From Lytechinus pictus (Eukaryota), in NCBI RefSeq assembly GCF_037042905.1, contig NC_087247.1, positions 60,822,001 through 60,886,000 of the forward strand: a stretch of DNA of 64,000 nucleotides, given 5' to 3'. Positions within the stretch are counted from its first letter, which is position 1, and every line of letters begins with the position of its first letter. The position numbers were made by a program, and so were the translations under genes. Shown piece by piece: positions 53,901 through 60,916 of this stretch. The notes under the pieces were generated by a model, which made no database searches, was not told the DNA's origin, and saw only the letters and a list, made by a program, of their open reading frames with translations.

Positions 53901-56900
53901 ATTCACGTTACTAACATTATCATCACAAATATCACATGTATGAATGGGTTCTTGAGAAACCTCTGATTTTTATTCAAATAAAAATACTTTTGACTTCTCT
54001 TTCACTCTCCCCCCATTTCCTCAATCCCCTCCCCTATTAAAGTGACCCTGACCTCTGATTAACCCAATATGAAAATCCTGGAGTAACCACTCCACCACTG
54101 CCCCACCTCTTAAAGGGGAAGTTCACCCTGACAAAAGTTTATTGTAAAAATAGCAGAAAAACAATGTTTGTGCAACGTTGTAAGAAGGCCGTAAGAACCT
54201 ATGCCCCATCTATGAATCCTTCCTTCCGAATTCCAGAATTAGCACAGATCAGCGATTTATTAAAAGGGGTTTATTTTCATGATTCATCTGTTTAAAGTAT
54301 ATATATTGAATATTAAAGTTATTAGAAATTTTTTTTATTTGTGATGTGATATGCGAGCAGCTTTCCATGATCATGAGTTAAGAGAATATCAATAAAATTA
54401 CATTTTCTCAAAAATTGATGGGTTTTATTATACTATTAGTAGTATATCAACAGAAAAAATATTTCACATCCACTCCTGAAAGGAAAAAAAATTGGTAGTT
54501 ATCACAAACCATTAAAAAAATTTGAATTATATTACATAACATGGGGCTGCTGCTCGTATGGGGGGCATAACGGTGCCAGGTAAAAATGGCAGAGGTAAAA
54601 ATGGCAGAAGTAATAATGGCAGAGGTAATAATGGCAGAGGTAATAATGGCAGAGGTAATAATGGCAGAGGTAAAAATGGCACAGGTAAAAATGGCAGAGG
54701 TAAAAATGGCAGAGGTAAAAATGATAGAGATAGGCTACATCATAATAATTATCATCCTTGACCGGACTCTTGTCCACGAAATGGGCTATAAAATTGATTA
54801 AATATTATGTTGTTTTTCGTCATTTAAGATCTATACTCTGTCATATAGATATTGATGTCACTGGTGGATCCATGGGGCACAGCCGGCCCGTGCCCCCCCC
54901 CCCCCCCCCTTGAGAGGTACAATTAAAATCTTAGCAAATATGCGGTTCTAACTCAAGTGTGCCCACTTTTTAAAGCGAGACTCTTTTCTGCTTGCTAATT
55001 ATTTTTTGTGGATGAGTTAGGTGGAAAACTTTTTTGCGTGTCATTTTTCAGGAAAATGTGCCCCCTCTCCTTGGAAAATCCTGGATCTGTCCCTGATTAA
55101 TGTGATAGGTTAAATGTAAATGATTATCAGTTCAGTCTTTAGAGAAATACCTCAATGCAGCTAGTCCAAGTGGATGTCAGGTTCACAATGGGTTTGACGT
55201 CATATATGGGAAGCTGCCCCATGATATTTTATGCACTTCAAAATGGTTCATAATTGTTTTTAAAAAATATTTCAGGAGCGTAAGTGAAATGATTTGTCTC
55301 TTAATATATTCTGAAGATACAAAAAAAAAAAGATTTTTCTAGAAAATAACATTTCATTAATATTTTCTATACACCAAATATGGAAAAACTGCTCGCAAAT
55401 GACGTCATCATTAAAATATAAAAGTATAGCTTTTTCAATCTTTTATTGATTTCCTAAAACCCTCACCAATATCATTTTATTTTTTTCTGCTATTCTACAA
55501 TGACTTTTAACTGAGGTTGAACTTCCCCTTTAATGATTTAAGTACAATTGCGATCAAGAGTGTGCTTCAAATTTGAATATTAATACAGCGATTTGACATG
55601 AGAAGGCCGTCCATGAGAGTCCAGAAGAAATAAGATAATCCAGCCAAAAGGTAATCAATTTGATGCAGACGATCTATCTATGATTTAAAAAATGTCACCC
55701 TTTCCATTATTTTTATTTTCTTAGAATCTTTCTTAGTTAATCTATGTAGGGCTTACATGCGGGGGCTTCTTGATTTTTTTTCGCATGGGGGTTTAAGACC
55801 CTTTTAGACGATACCATTATGACCTCTGCCATTTTTACCTCTGCCATTATTACCTCTGCCATTTTTACCTCTGCCATTATTACCTCTGCCATTTTTACCT
55901 CTGCCGTTATTACCTCTGCCGTTATTACCTCTGCCATTTTTACCTCTGCCATTTTTACCTCTGCCATTTTTACCTCTGCCATTTTTACCTCTGCCATTAT
56001 TACCTCTGCCATTTTTACACCGAGCCGGCATAACGGCCCCCCTTCTGATCTCGACACGCACATTCTTTACCACGTAAACTACAAGCTAGTATAAAAAAAA
56101 GTCTGAATATAATTATTTTTTTTTATTATCATGAATAAAATATGCAAATTTATTCATGAAAAAAATTATTTAAGTATTTAAACACCCTATTTCACTTCAA
56201 ATTTTCTTCTTTTTTTGAAGATGTCATCTTTGTAATCTAATTTAATTTCCAAATCCAAATTCAAATTCCATTGACAGAAACATTCAAGTCCCAGTTGAAA
56301 ACTTATTTGATCTCCCATTAAAAGTTTGTTTATTCAGGAGAATTCAAAATTCTTTTCTTTTTCGTTTTCTATTATTGCTTGTGTGTTGTGTTTATTTCTC
56401 TTGAAATGCCATAAGCACCAAAAGGTGGACCTGTGCGCTATATAAGTAGCCACCATTATTATCATTAAAGGTTTCCACAAAGAAATATTGCGAAAGCTAA
56501 TTTTTTCTCTTTATGTATTTCATTGTTTTTAGAATTTCTTATGTGTTTCTTTGTGTTTCATCTTTTTTTATTGATTTTACAATGGAAATTATTACAGACC
56601 ATTTAAAGGGATGGTCCGGGCTGTAAGTATTTATAGCTTAATAAATAGAGTAGAATTCACTGAGCAAAATGCCGAAAAATTTCATCAAAATCGGATAACA
56701 AATAACAAAGTTATTGAATTTTAAAGTTTAGCAATAATTTTGTGAAAACAGTTGTCATGAATATTCATTAGGTGGGCTGATGATGTCACATCCCCCCTTG
56801 TTCTTTTGTATTTTATTATATGAAATTAGGTTTATTCAATTTTTTTCCTCCAAGAACTAGAAAAATTGGATTGACAACTGATTTAGCGCATTACATATTT

Positions 56901-59900
56901 ATTGCTGCAACTTATTTCATTATAAGGGAGACATATTATTCACACAAGTATGAAATAATGAAAAAAATATGTATGTAATAACATAAGAAAACGGAAAGTG
57001 GGGATGTGACATCATCTGCCCCCCCCCCCCCCCAAATGAATATTCATGACAACTGTTTTCACAAAATTATTGCTAAACTTTAAACTTCAATAACTTTATT
57101 ATTTGTTATCCGATTTTGATGAAATTTTCGGCATTTTGCTCAGTGAACTCTACTCTATGTATTAAGATATAAATATATTCAGCCTGGACCATCCCTTTAA
57201 CAACTAAATTTAACCCTAAATTATTTACGCAGACCAATTAGAACGAAAAATAATCACCCATTTATGAATTTCATCTCCCTAGACTTTGTACACAAAGTCT
57301 AAAAATAAGCCAATTTCGGCATGACATTGCTTTTCAAAGATTCAAGCAGTGAAAAAAATACACAGGGGCGGCTGGCGAATTCGCCCCGGAAATGCCTAAA
57401 GTCGCCCTCGAAATCACCCAAAATCATGCTTTCGGGGGCGACATAAAATCTGAATGTCGCCCCCGAAATTATTGCCGAGTGATAACTACTCAACGACCCA
57501 CTAGCGCCATATGCTCGAGCTCCGCTTACCATTTTAAAATCATCCAAAATCCACACTCAAAATCATGAATAAGCCTTGAAAATAGCGAGGAGCGCAGTTT
57601 CAAATTCCGAAGTTGCGTCTTTTTTTCTGTAGGTACCACGTATTTCCACACACATGATACCAGGTATGGAAAAAAAATCCATTAAAAAGTCCATTATGAC
57701 TACCACCATGTGCAATTTCTAATGCACATGTTTCCCCTACAGATATCACAATTCTGTGATAAAATAATTTGAATTACACAGGAAATAAATCCCAGAGTCT
57801 AGTAACCTATCATTGGTGAGTTGTCATTCGGCTTTGCTTTTCAAAACGGCCTATTAAAGAGAAATTCCAGTATTTGCAGTAAACACTTATTTCATGAGAA
57901 AGTCTGTAAAACCAGGCTTAATTGTCAGTATATCATCGAAGATCTAAATCTGGGACAGTTACATAAACTGAACTTTGTGAAATCTTGAAATCTACGCTGA
58001 AAAATGTTCACACTGAAGAGCACCAACACAGTTAGGCACACGTGGGACAGTGTATTATTATTGCTGGAATAAAGACCCGACGGAAGTGACCGAATCCGCG
58101 CTTATTTTGCTTATTTCTCAGCAATTACACAATTTCTTCCAGAATCCTTTGGCACATATTTTTTATTCATACAAACAGACACTTGGGTGGTCATTATATT
58201 AGATTCTGTAAAAAGTCATTTTGAGATCGTTACCAAAACTGGAATTTATCTTTAACATCCAAAATAACTTACCTATTTATTAATTATAACTTAAAAATCA
58301 TTTGTTTTATTTTTCTCGGGGATGTGGTAAATATCAGACAATAAATCATCAAACAAAGCTCCATCTATTTTACAAGGCCGGCGGCAGACGCACGCATTGG
58401 CGCTTGTATTAGCTCTAGCCAGTCTGAGCTCTGTCTCTCTGCCAGAGCTCTGGGGGACAATTCGCTCAGTAAAGGCCTCAATGATGGTGATTTTCTGTTT
58501 CAGACAGAGTTTACATTTCAGGTATATTATTCAAATTTCAAAACTGCCAATAAAGTTTGATGATTTCTTCATTGTCATGTATATTTAAGTTCTTAATGAA
58601 TACATTCTCACCAAATTTAGACTCCCCCATAGAGAAATGCAATTTTCATGGAGATCTGCGTTTTCAAAGAACTTCACAAAAAGTTAGGGTATGTGGGCCT
58701 TTATTACATATACATGGCCGAGTCGAGTACAGGGTATTGTACTGGAAAAGACGGAGTAGAAATTAGATATTGAATTCATTTATATCCAAGTCCAACTCAC
58801 AGTCACACCCACACACACACACACACACACCCAAGATTCTAAGCATGAAAAAAATAACTTAAAAAATCATACAATATTAAACAAAAATAATTCATTAATA
58901 AGTGAACAGGTATTCCTCAAAATACAAAAAAGTAGCAGTCAAAAAGAGCCCCCGAAATGCAAAAAGTAGCCCCCGAAAGGTAAAAATGAGCCCCCGAAAT
59001 TTGACAAAAAATTTAAAATGGAGCCCCCGAAAAAAAAAAAAAATTCCCTGGATTCAAGTGACATCACATGTTAATCTTCTTTGCCGGTAAAGTCAAGACA
59101 GATCTATAAAAATGGCATCCAAACAAAAGGGTAATAAATGGCATTAAAACAGTACAAAAGTTCATCAAAATCAAATGACAAATAGCAGTAAGTTTTGAAC
59201 AGTGATAAGAGAGCATGGACTGTATGCATGCATTAATAGTATTACCGTAAGCCAATTGTGTAATTTTTCGATGTGAAATCTCTGTGTCATTCAAAAACCT
59301 CTCTCCTGTGATACAACTATGAGTTATTCCATCTTATCAAAGTATCAAACCATTTTTGGAGCAAAACATTCATATTGATAAAAAGCACATTACAAAAGTT
59401 AGCTAATAAATACATGTAGGTACACCTGCATCTTCCACATTCATGAAACAATTTTCTTGGCTTTTTCATCCATTGTTTAACCTTCTTTCCATAAATTACA
59501 GTGGATATGAGTTTAAAACTAATTAAGTCCTATTCCTAGAAAAACTTGTAACTAAAGTTACTAAACAGCAAAAGCCTAACAGGTAAGCCCCAAAGATTAA
59601 AGGTCAAGTCCACATCAGAAAAGTGTTGATTTGAATCAATAGAGAAAAATTAAACAAGCATTTACCTGGTACCTCTGGAAATTTCATCAAAGTCGGATGT
59701 AAAATAATTAAGTTATGACATTTCAAAATTTTGCTTATTTTTTACTAGTTACATGTATATTCACAACTCAGTGATCTTCAAAAGAGAGTGCCGATGATGT
59801 CCCTCACTCACAATTTCCTTTGTCTTTTATTGTTTGAATTAAATACAATATTTCAATTTTTACAGATTTGACAATAAGGACCAAAGTTCTTAATGGTAAT

Positions 59901-60916
59901 TCCACATGTTCACAGAGGAATAAAACATTGTTTCACAGGACAATGACAAGAAAATTAGAATACTGTACATGTATTTCATATTTCAGATTGTAAAATACAG
60001 AAGAAATAGTGAGAGATGTCATCACTCATCAGTCCCCTCAAATCTGCATACAGACCATTTTGTGAAAATACAGTGTAAGCAAAACTTTAAAATATCATAG
60101 ATTTCCTATTTTACATCCATATTTGATGAAATGTTCAGTGGTGTGTTTTTTATACTTGGATATTTCTCTCTCTGTTCAAAGCAACCTTCTTTTGGGGGTA
60201 GATTTGTCCTTTAGTAGCAAGGACAGAGAGATTTTAATTATAGTATCCACTTGTATGTTCATGGTCAAGAATACAAGCTTCATGGTTCATAAATAATTGG
60301 AATCAACTGTAGACCCTATTTGAAATTGAGGCTCGAGCATGGATAAAAGTATTTAATTACATGTAGATTCCTTTAATCAAAATTCAAAGCAATTAGAAAA
60401 AAATCATTGATATACATGTAATATGAAGTGCTATGTAAGCCTATATGGTATTGGTAGTACATCAGGATTGTAGATAGAATCGAATGATATGGCAAGGGGG
60501 CGGATCCCCGTATCAGGTTGGGAGCAAGACTGGGAAGGTGATCGCATCACACCAGCAAACACTTAACGACCCCGTTTCCTCATCAACAACCAGTCAACGC
60601 TGCGGTGTTGTAAACTCGATGTACGTTTAGTCCAATCATTGCCGATGTAAAAAAAAAAAATGAATCTAGTAATATACACATATTTCACACAAAGCACGCT
60701 GTTTAAAATCACCGATGACATCATCTCTTTCAAGATAAAACAGCGTCGCCTTAGTCACTGACAACGGCATTAAAATAACTTCAAAACTTTTACTTACTGC
60801 TCGGCACTATCTGCAGCTCGTTTTCCCCGCGGTTCTGCCCCCACACGAGTTGCGATGAGGAGCAACGCGGCTAGTAACCCGTTCCATCTTGAACAGCTCC
60901 TGGTGATTTTCATCAT
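375..60916 (-). CDS. CUBN: Cubilin, multi-exon gene, 38 coding exons in window (about 2077 aa), 3' part beyond left edge
   Basis: Hand-spliced GT-AG exons join in frame. Architecture is signal peptide, RGKR, cubilin-type N-terminus ([25 protein letters not shown]), coiled coil, 8 EGF, then 13.5 tandem CUB domains. This order is diagnostic of cubilin. Confidence 0.95.
1069..1275 (+). mobile_element. tRNA-derived SINE fragment
   Basis: GC-richer block with B-box-like GGATCGAATCC, then a SINE-type core with a GAGGACC...GGTCCTC hairpin; no tail. Confidence 0.6.
1355..1556 (-). CDS. CUBN: Cubilin exon 37 (CUB13b plus linker)
   Basis: [17 protein letters not shown]...[33 protein letters not shown]; tandem donors, so the exon could end at 1358. 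Confidence 0.9.
1726..1907 (-). CDS. CUBN: Cubilin exon 36 (CUB13a, lacks first two Cys)
   Basis: [30 protein letters not shown]...ACSYDYVK. Confidence 0.92.
2307..2767. mobile_element. Non-autonomous DNA transposon (hAT-like ends, 6-bp TSD)
   Basis: Perfect 14-bp TIR CAGAGATGCCAACC; direct repeat TAGCAG on both sides. Confidence 0.88.
2861..3054 (-). CDS. CUBN: Cubilin exon 35 (CUB12b)
   Basis: [19 protein letters not shown]...YCGN...[18 protein letters not shown]. Confidence 0.93.
3433..3565 (-). CDS. CUBN: Cubilin exon 34 (CUB12a)
   Basis: [44 protein letters not shown]. Confidence 0.93.
3751..3913. mobile_element. Short GGG-ended MITE
   Basis: GGGGAGCATTTCAT ... ATGAAAAGTTCCCC imperfect TIR; related to 29352-29483. 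Confidence 0.6.
4422..4664 (-). CDS. CUBN: Cubilin exon 33 (CUB11b)
   Basis: [13 protein letters not shown]...[11 protein letters not shown]...YCGS...[21 protein letters not shown]. Confidence 0.93.
5288..5401 (-). CDS. CUBN: Cubilin exon 32 (CUB11a)
   Basis: [38 protein letters not shown]; AAG acceptor. Confidence 0.9.
6019..6181 (-). CDS. CUBN: Cubilin exon 31 (CUB10b)
   Basis: [18 protein letters not shown]...[18 protein letters not shown]; AAG acceptor. Confidence 0.9.
6541..6728 (-). CDS. CUBN: Cubilin exon 30 (CUB10a)
   Basis: [32 protein letters not shown]...DCVFDYVE. Confidence 0.93.
7145..7400 (+). mobile_element. L2-clade LINE ORF2 C-terminal fragment
   Basis: [13 protein letters not shown]...[15 protein letters not shown] matches the L2 motif LQxxQNxAARL...HITPxLxxLHWLP. 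Confidence 0.8.
7783..7951 (-). CDS. CUBN: Cubilin exon 29 (CUB9b)
   Basis: [56 protein letters not shown]. Confidence 0.93.
8638..8819 (-). CDS. CUBN: Cubilin exon 28 (CUB9a)
   Basis: [30 protein letters not shown]...DCTFDSLE. Confidence 0.93.
8890..10977. mobile_element. Helentron-associated (HINE/DINE-like) element with internal satellite array
   Basis: Starts AACTAG. Subterminal IR AGCTCATCCGG / CCGGATGAGCT; terminal hairpin 10942-10972 followed by an A-run; GACG/GACA microsatellite; internal repeats of about 140-190 bp. Confidence 0.75.
9117..9718. mobile_element. TTAA MITE family A (Kolobok/T2-like)
   Basis: TTAA|AGGGATGGTCC...ACATCCCT|TTAA, long TIRs; nested in 8890-10977. Confidence 0.9.
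11665..11833 (-). CDS. CUBN: Cubilin exon 27 (CUB8b)
   Basis: [56 protein letters not shown]. Confidence 0.92.
12181..12365 (-). CDS. CUBN: Cubilin exon 26 (CUB8a)
   Basis: [31 protein letters not shown]...CAYDYVR. Confidence 0.93.
13114..13270 (-). CDS. CUBN: Cubilin exon 25 (CUB7b)
   Basis: [18 protein letters not shown]...[18 protein letters not shown]. Confidence 0.93.
13543..13724 (-). CDS. CUBN: Cubilin exon 24 (CUB7a)
   Basis: [61 protein letters not shown]. Confidence 0.93.
14209..14372 (-). CDS. CUBN: Cubilin exon 23 (CUB6b)
   Basis: [17 protein letters not shown]...[21 protein letters not shown]. Confidence 0.93.
14831..15017 (-). CDS. CUBN: Cubilin exon 22 (CUB6a)
   Basis: [29 protein letters not shown]...CVYDYVTI(R). 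Confidence 0.93.
15296..16375 (-). mobile_element. Degenerate TTAA-flanked (piggyBac-like) non-autonomous element
   Basis: Inverted homology to 35516-36509 (GAGATCTC/poly-C end, GCAAATT/GTCAGACC blocks); ends CAGG|TTAA. Confidence 0.55.
15669..16050. mobile_element. Non-autonomous DNA transposon (CAGGG ends, 6-bp TSD)
   Basis: ACATAA|CAGGGTTTCC...GGGAACCCTG|ACATAA; repeated internal TTCCCTGA motifs. Confidence 0.85.
16647..16777 (-). CDS. CUBN: Cubilin exon 21 (CUB5b)
   Basis: [43 protein letters not shown]. Confidence 0.93.
17171..17393 (-). CDS. CUBN: Cubilin exon 20 (CUB5a)
   Basis: [30 protein letters not shown]...[20 protein letters not shown](R). Confidence 0.93.
18058..18226 (-). 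CDS. CUBN: Cubilin exon 19 (CUB4b)
   Basis: [21 protein letters not shown]...[22 protein letters not shown]. Confidence 0.92.
18761..18942 (-). CDS. CUBN: Cubilin exon 18 (CUB4a)
   Basis: [30 protein letters not shown]...CLYDYIE. Confidence 0.93.
19617..19776 (-). CDS. CUBN: Cubilin exon 17 (CUB3b)
   Basis: [53 protein letters not shown]. Confidence 0.93.
20196..20324. mobile_element. Short palindromic MITE
   Basis: GGGCCCATTTCATAAAGAGTTACAACT ... AGTTGTAACTCTTTATGAATCGGGCCC. Confidence 0.75.
20398..20588 (-). CDS. CUBN: Cubilin exon 16 (CUB3a)
   Basis: [32 protein letters not shown]...CVYDYVE. Confidence 0.93.
21175..21337 (-). CDS. CUBN: Cubilin exon 15 (CUB2b)
   Basis: [18 protein letters not shown]...[20 protein letters not shown]. 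Confidence 0.93.
21715..21899 (-). CDS. CUBN: Cubilin exon 14 (CUB2a)
   Basis: [31 protein letters not shown]...CDYDYLK. Confidence 0.93.
22356..22590 (-). CDS. CUBN: Cubilin exon 13 (CUB1)
   Basis: [27 protein letters not shown]...[21 protein letters not shown]. Confidence 0.93.
23163..23275 (-). CDS. CUBN: Cubilin exon 12 (CUB1 start)
   Basis: [38 protein letters not shown]. Confidence 0.92.
23684..23995 (-). CDS. CUBN: Cubilin exon 11 (EGF6-8)
   Basis: [16 protein letters not shown]...[11 protein letters not shown]...[13 protein letters not shown]...CTDTSV; 312 nt. Confidence 0.93.
24384..24966. mobile_element. TTAA MITE family A
   Basis: TTAA|AGGGATGGTCCGGGCTGAAA...TTTCAGCCCGGACCATCCCT|TTAA. 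Confidence 0.93.
24988..25083 (-). CDS. CUBN: Cubilin exon 10 (EGF6)
   Basis: [32 protein letters not shown]. Confidence 0.93.
25255..25389. mobile_element. Truncated TTAA MITE family B
   Basis: AGGACAAGTCCACC left end only, homologous to 30996-31130. Confidence 0.75.
25477..26655 (-). mobile_element. 5'-truncated CR1/L2-group LINE (reverse transcriptase fragment, degenerate)
   Basis: ORF 26043-26684 has [26 protein letters not shown] and KFLGVLID motifs; frameshifted C-terminus 25799-26005; AATAAA-TGAACTGAAC 3' tail. Confidence 0.9.
26704..26918. mobile_element. Penelope-like element terminal remnant in inverted arrangement, embedded in (TA)n
   Basis: Perfect 74-bp inverted repeat (26704-26777 / 26781-26854, loop CAA) carrying hammerhead core motifs; (TA)n on both sides. 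Confidence 0.7.
26742..26782 (-). ncRNA. Minimal type I hammerhead ribozyme motif
   Basis: Minus strand reads AGUUG-CUGAUGA-A-CCC(UCAG)GGG-GAA-ACAG(U)CUGU-A-CAACU. It has the full core, stem I AGUUG/CAACU, stem II, near-palindromic stem III and a GUA cleavage triplet. Confidence 0.78.
28093..28496. repeat. 101-bp tandem repeat, 4 copies
   Basis: GGTTCATGTAAGT recurs at 28093, 28194, 28295 and 28396. Confidence 0.92.
29352..29483. mobile_element. Short GGG-ended MITE
   Basis: CTGGGGAGTGTTTCAT ... AATGCTCCCCAG; internal GATTGG as in 3751-3913. Confidence 0.6.
29499..29624 (-). CDS. CUBN: Cubilin exon 9 (EGF5)
   Basis: [42 protein letters not shown]. Confidence 0.93.
29792..29963 (-). CDS. 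CUBN: Cubilin exon 8 (EGF3/4)
   Basis: [57 protein letters not shown]. Confidence 0.93.
30278..30407 (-). CDS. CUBN: Cubilin exon 7 (EGF2/3)
   Basis: [43 protein letters not shown]; an alternative donor 3 nt earlier is possible. Confidence 0.9.
30996..31592. mobile_element. TTAA MITE family B
   Basis: TCAA|AGGACAAGTCCACC...GGTGGATTTGACCT|TTAA, long TIRs. Confidence 0.9.
31763..31866 (-). CDS. CUBN: Cubilin exon 6 (EGF2)
   Basis: [34 protein letters not shown](R). Confidence 0.93.
32591..32840. repeat. Local tandem duplication (about 135-140 bp, 2 copies)
   Basis: CACATCAAGACAAGATACTTTCAATTGAAGATCATATCTTGATTCTACAA present twice. Confidence 0.85.
35516..36509 (+). mobile_element. Degenerate TTAA-flanked (piggyBac-like) element hosting a SINE
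   Basis: TTAA|CC start and GAG|TTAA end; homologous to 15296-16375 and about 55737-57340. Confidence 0.55.
35761..36054 (-). mobile_element. Full-length tRNA-derived SINE
   Basis: A box TGGCCCAGTGG, B box GGTTCAAATCC, core CAACCCAGGTG...AATGGGTACC, L2-type tail GCGCTATATAAATG followed by (ATT)n. Confidence 0.9.
37571..37672 (-). CDS. CUBN: Cubilin exon 5 (EGF1)
   Basis: [34 protein letters not shown]. Confidence 0.93.
38125..38151 (-). CDS. CUBN: Cubilin exon 4, 27-nt microexon
   Basis: ctcttag|GTATCAGATTTGGAAGAAAATTACAAT|gtaagt = VSDLEENYN; phase 0-0; continues the heptad pattern. Confidence 0.78.
38292..39325 (-). mobile_element. Internally deleted Tc1/mariner transposon with transposase pseudogene remnant
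   Basis: TA|CAGTG...CACTG|TA, TIRs of about 200 bp; minus strand [16 protein letters not shown] motif at about 38802-38849 with a frameshift and stops. Confidence 0.9.
39951..40094 (-). CDS. CUBN: Cubilin exon 3 (coiled coil)
   Basis: [48 protein letters not shown]; 144 nt, phase 0-0. Confidence 0.88.
40900..42295. mobile_element. Old degenerate family A MITE split by an insertion
   Basis: Diverged family A internal sequence; right TIR CAGCCTGGAGTACCCCT at about 42277-42293. Confidence 0.6.
41367..42230. mobile_element. Non-autonomous TIR element with GGGTTA/TAACCC subterminal motifs
   Basis: TTTTTACAC / GTGTAAAAA inverted ends; repeated GGGTTA; interrupts the family A copy. Confidence 0.65.
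42381..42775. mobile_element. MITE-like element
   Basis: GGTATTCAATT ... AATTGAATACC inverted ends; repeated TTTTACT/AGTAAA motifs. Confidence 0.6.
43161..44016. mobile_element. Two adjacent copies of a Harbinger-like MITE (older truncated plus complete)
   Basis: TTGTTGCTATGGG.ATGCTCTCAGTGGGGT block repeated about 366 bp apart; second copy TAA|GAACCCGTTCTCAT...ATGAGAACAGAGTC|TAA. Confidence 0.65.
44047..44643. mobile_element. GC-rich TIR element
   Basis: GTTCAGACTGTCTCCCGTCACCCGG ... CCGGGGTGACGGGGACAGTCTGAAC. Confidence 0.75.
44981..45612. mobile_element. Second HINE/DINE-like element with about 180-bp TGACCTTTGACC repeats
   Basis: AACAAG start; subterminal IR GTCTCGCCTGCAT / ATGCAGGCAAGAC; 3' hairpin plus A-run; three internal units. 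Confidence 0.75.
46590..47161. mobile_element. TTAA MITE family B (opposite orientation to 30996 copy)
   Basis: TTAA|AGGTCAAGTCCACC...GAACTTGTCCT|TTAA. Confidence 0.9.
48197..48418. mobile_element. Young palindromic MITE
   Basis: Perfect [40 protein letters not shown]. Confidence 0.88.
48993..49490. mobile_element. TTAA MITE family C
   Basis: TTAA|AGGTGAAGTTCACCCTGA...TCAGGGTGAACTTCCCCT|TTAA. Confidence 0.92.
51737..51869 (-). CDS. CUBN: Cubilin exon 2 (N-terminal amnionless-binding-type region)
   Basis: (Q)[44 protein letters not shown]; tttag acceptor, gtaagt donor. Confidence 0.93.
52445..52621. mobile_element. Partial family C-variant MITE
   Basis: Inverted homolog of 54114-54290; ends GAACTTCCCCT|TTAA. 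Confidence 0.7.
52665..53235 (+). mobile_element. 5'-truncated SINE (same family as 35761-36054), interrupted
   Basis: CAGGTGAGGTGAATGGGTACC core and GTGCTATATAAATGGACATATT tail. Confidence 0.85.
52781..53160. mobile_element. TIR element with 3-bp TSD inserted in the SINE
   Basis: CAA|TAACCCTTTCATAAACCCA...TGGGTTTATGAAAGGGGTA|CAA; the empty site ATGATACCAAGTATC is visible in the 35.8-kb SINE copy; repeated ATCCGCAT motifs. Confidence 0.88.
53257..53853. mobile_element. TTAA MITE family D
   Basis: TTAA|AGGGGAATCCAACC...GGTTGGATTCCCCT|TTAA. Confidence 0.92.
54578..54730 (+). repeat. 15-bp minisatellite (AGGTAAWAATGGCAG)n
   Basis: About 10 units. Confidence 0.95.
54859..55095. mobile_element. 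hAT-like MITE
   Basis: ATTGATGT|CACTGGTGGATCC...GGATCTGTCCCTG|ATTAATGT (8-bp TSD with one mismatch). Confidence 0.75.
55815..56018 (-). repeat. 15-bp minisatellite, inverted relative to the 54578 array
   Basis: (CTGCCATTWTTACCT)n, about 13 units. Confidence 0.95.
56607..57196. mobile_element. TTAA MITE family A
   Basis: TTAA|AGGGATGGTCCGGGCTG...CAGCCTGGACCATCCCT|TTAA; nearly identical to the 24384 copy. Confidence 0.93.
57347..59050. mobile_element. 1.7-kb hAT-like non-autonomous element
   Basis: GATTCAAG|CAGTGAA...TTCCCTG|GATTCAAG (8-bp TSD); GCCCCCGAAA motif clustered at both subtermini. Confidence 0.8.
57858..58251. mobile_element. TTAA MITE family E
   Basis: TTAA|AGAGAAATTCCAGT...ACTGGAATTTATCT|TTAA. 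Confidence 0.85.
59601..60210. mobile_element. TTAA MITE family B (diverged)
   Basis: TTAA|AGGTCAAGTCCAC...GATTTGTCCT|TTAG. Confidence 0.85.
60798..60916 (-). CDS. CUBN: Cubilin exon 1: signal peptide and furin-type site
   Basis: [39 protein letters not shown](Q); donor CA|gtaagt; phase 2 joins exon 2. Absent from the ORF track. Confidence 0.88.

Larger units (their letters stand above)
54114..55529. mobile_element. Family C-variant TTAA MITE expanded by nested inserts
   Basis: TTAA|AGGGGAAGTTCACC...GGTTGAACTTCCCCT|TTAA; contains the 15-bp array and an hAT-like MITE. Confidence 0.75.

Noticed and set aside
54532-56094. Repetitive ORFs (MAEVK)n, (GKNGR)n, (CHFYL)n, (TSAIF)n
   Set aside because: These are translations of a 15-bp minisatellite, open in several frames on both strands.
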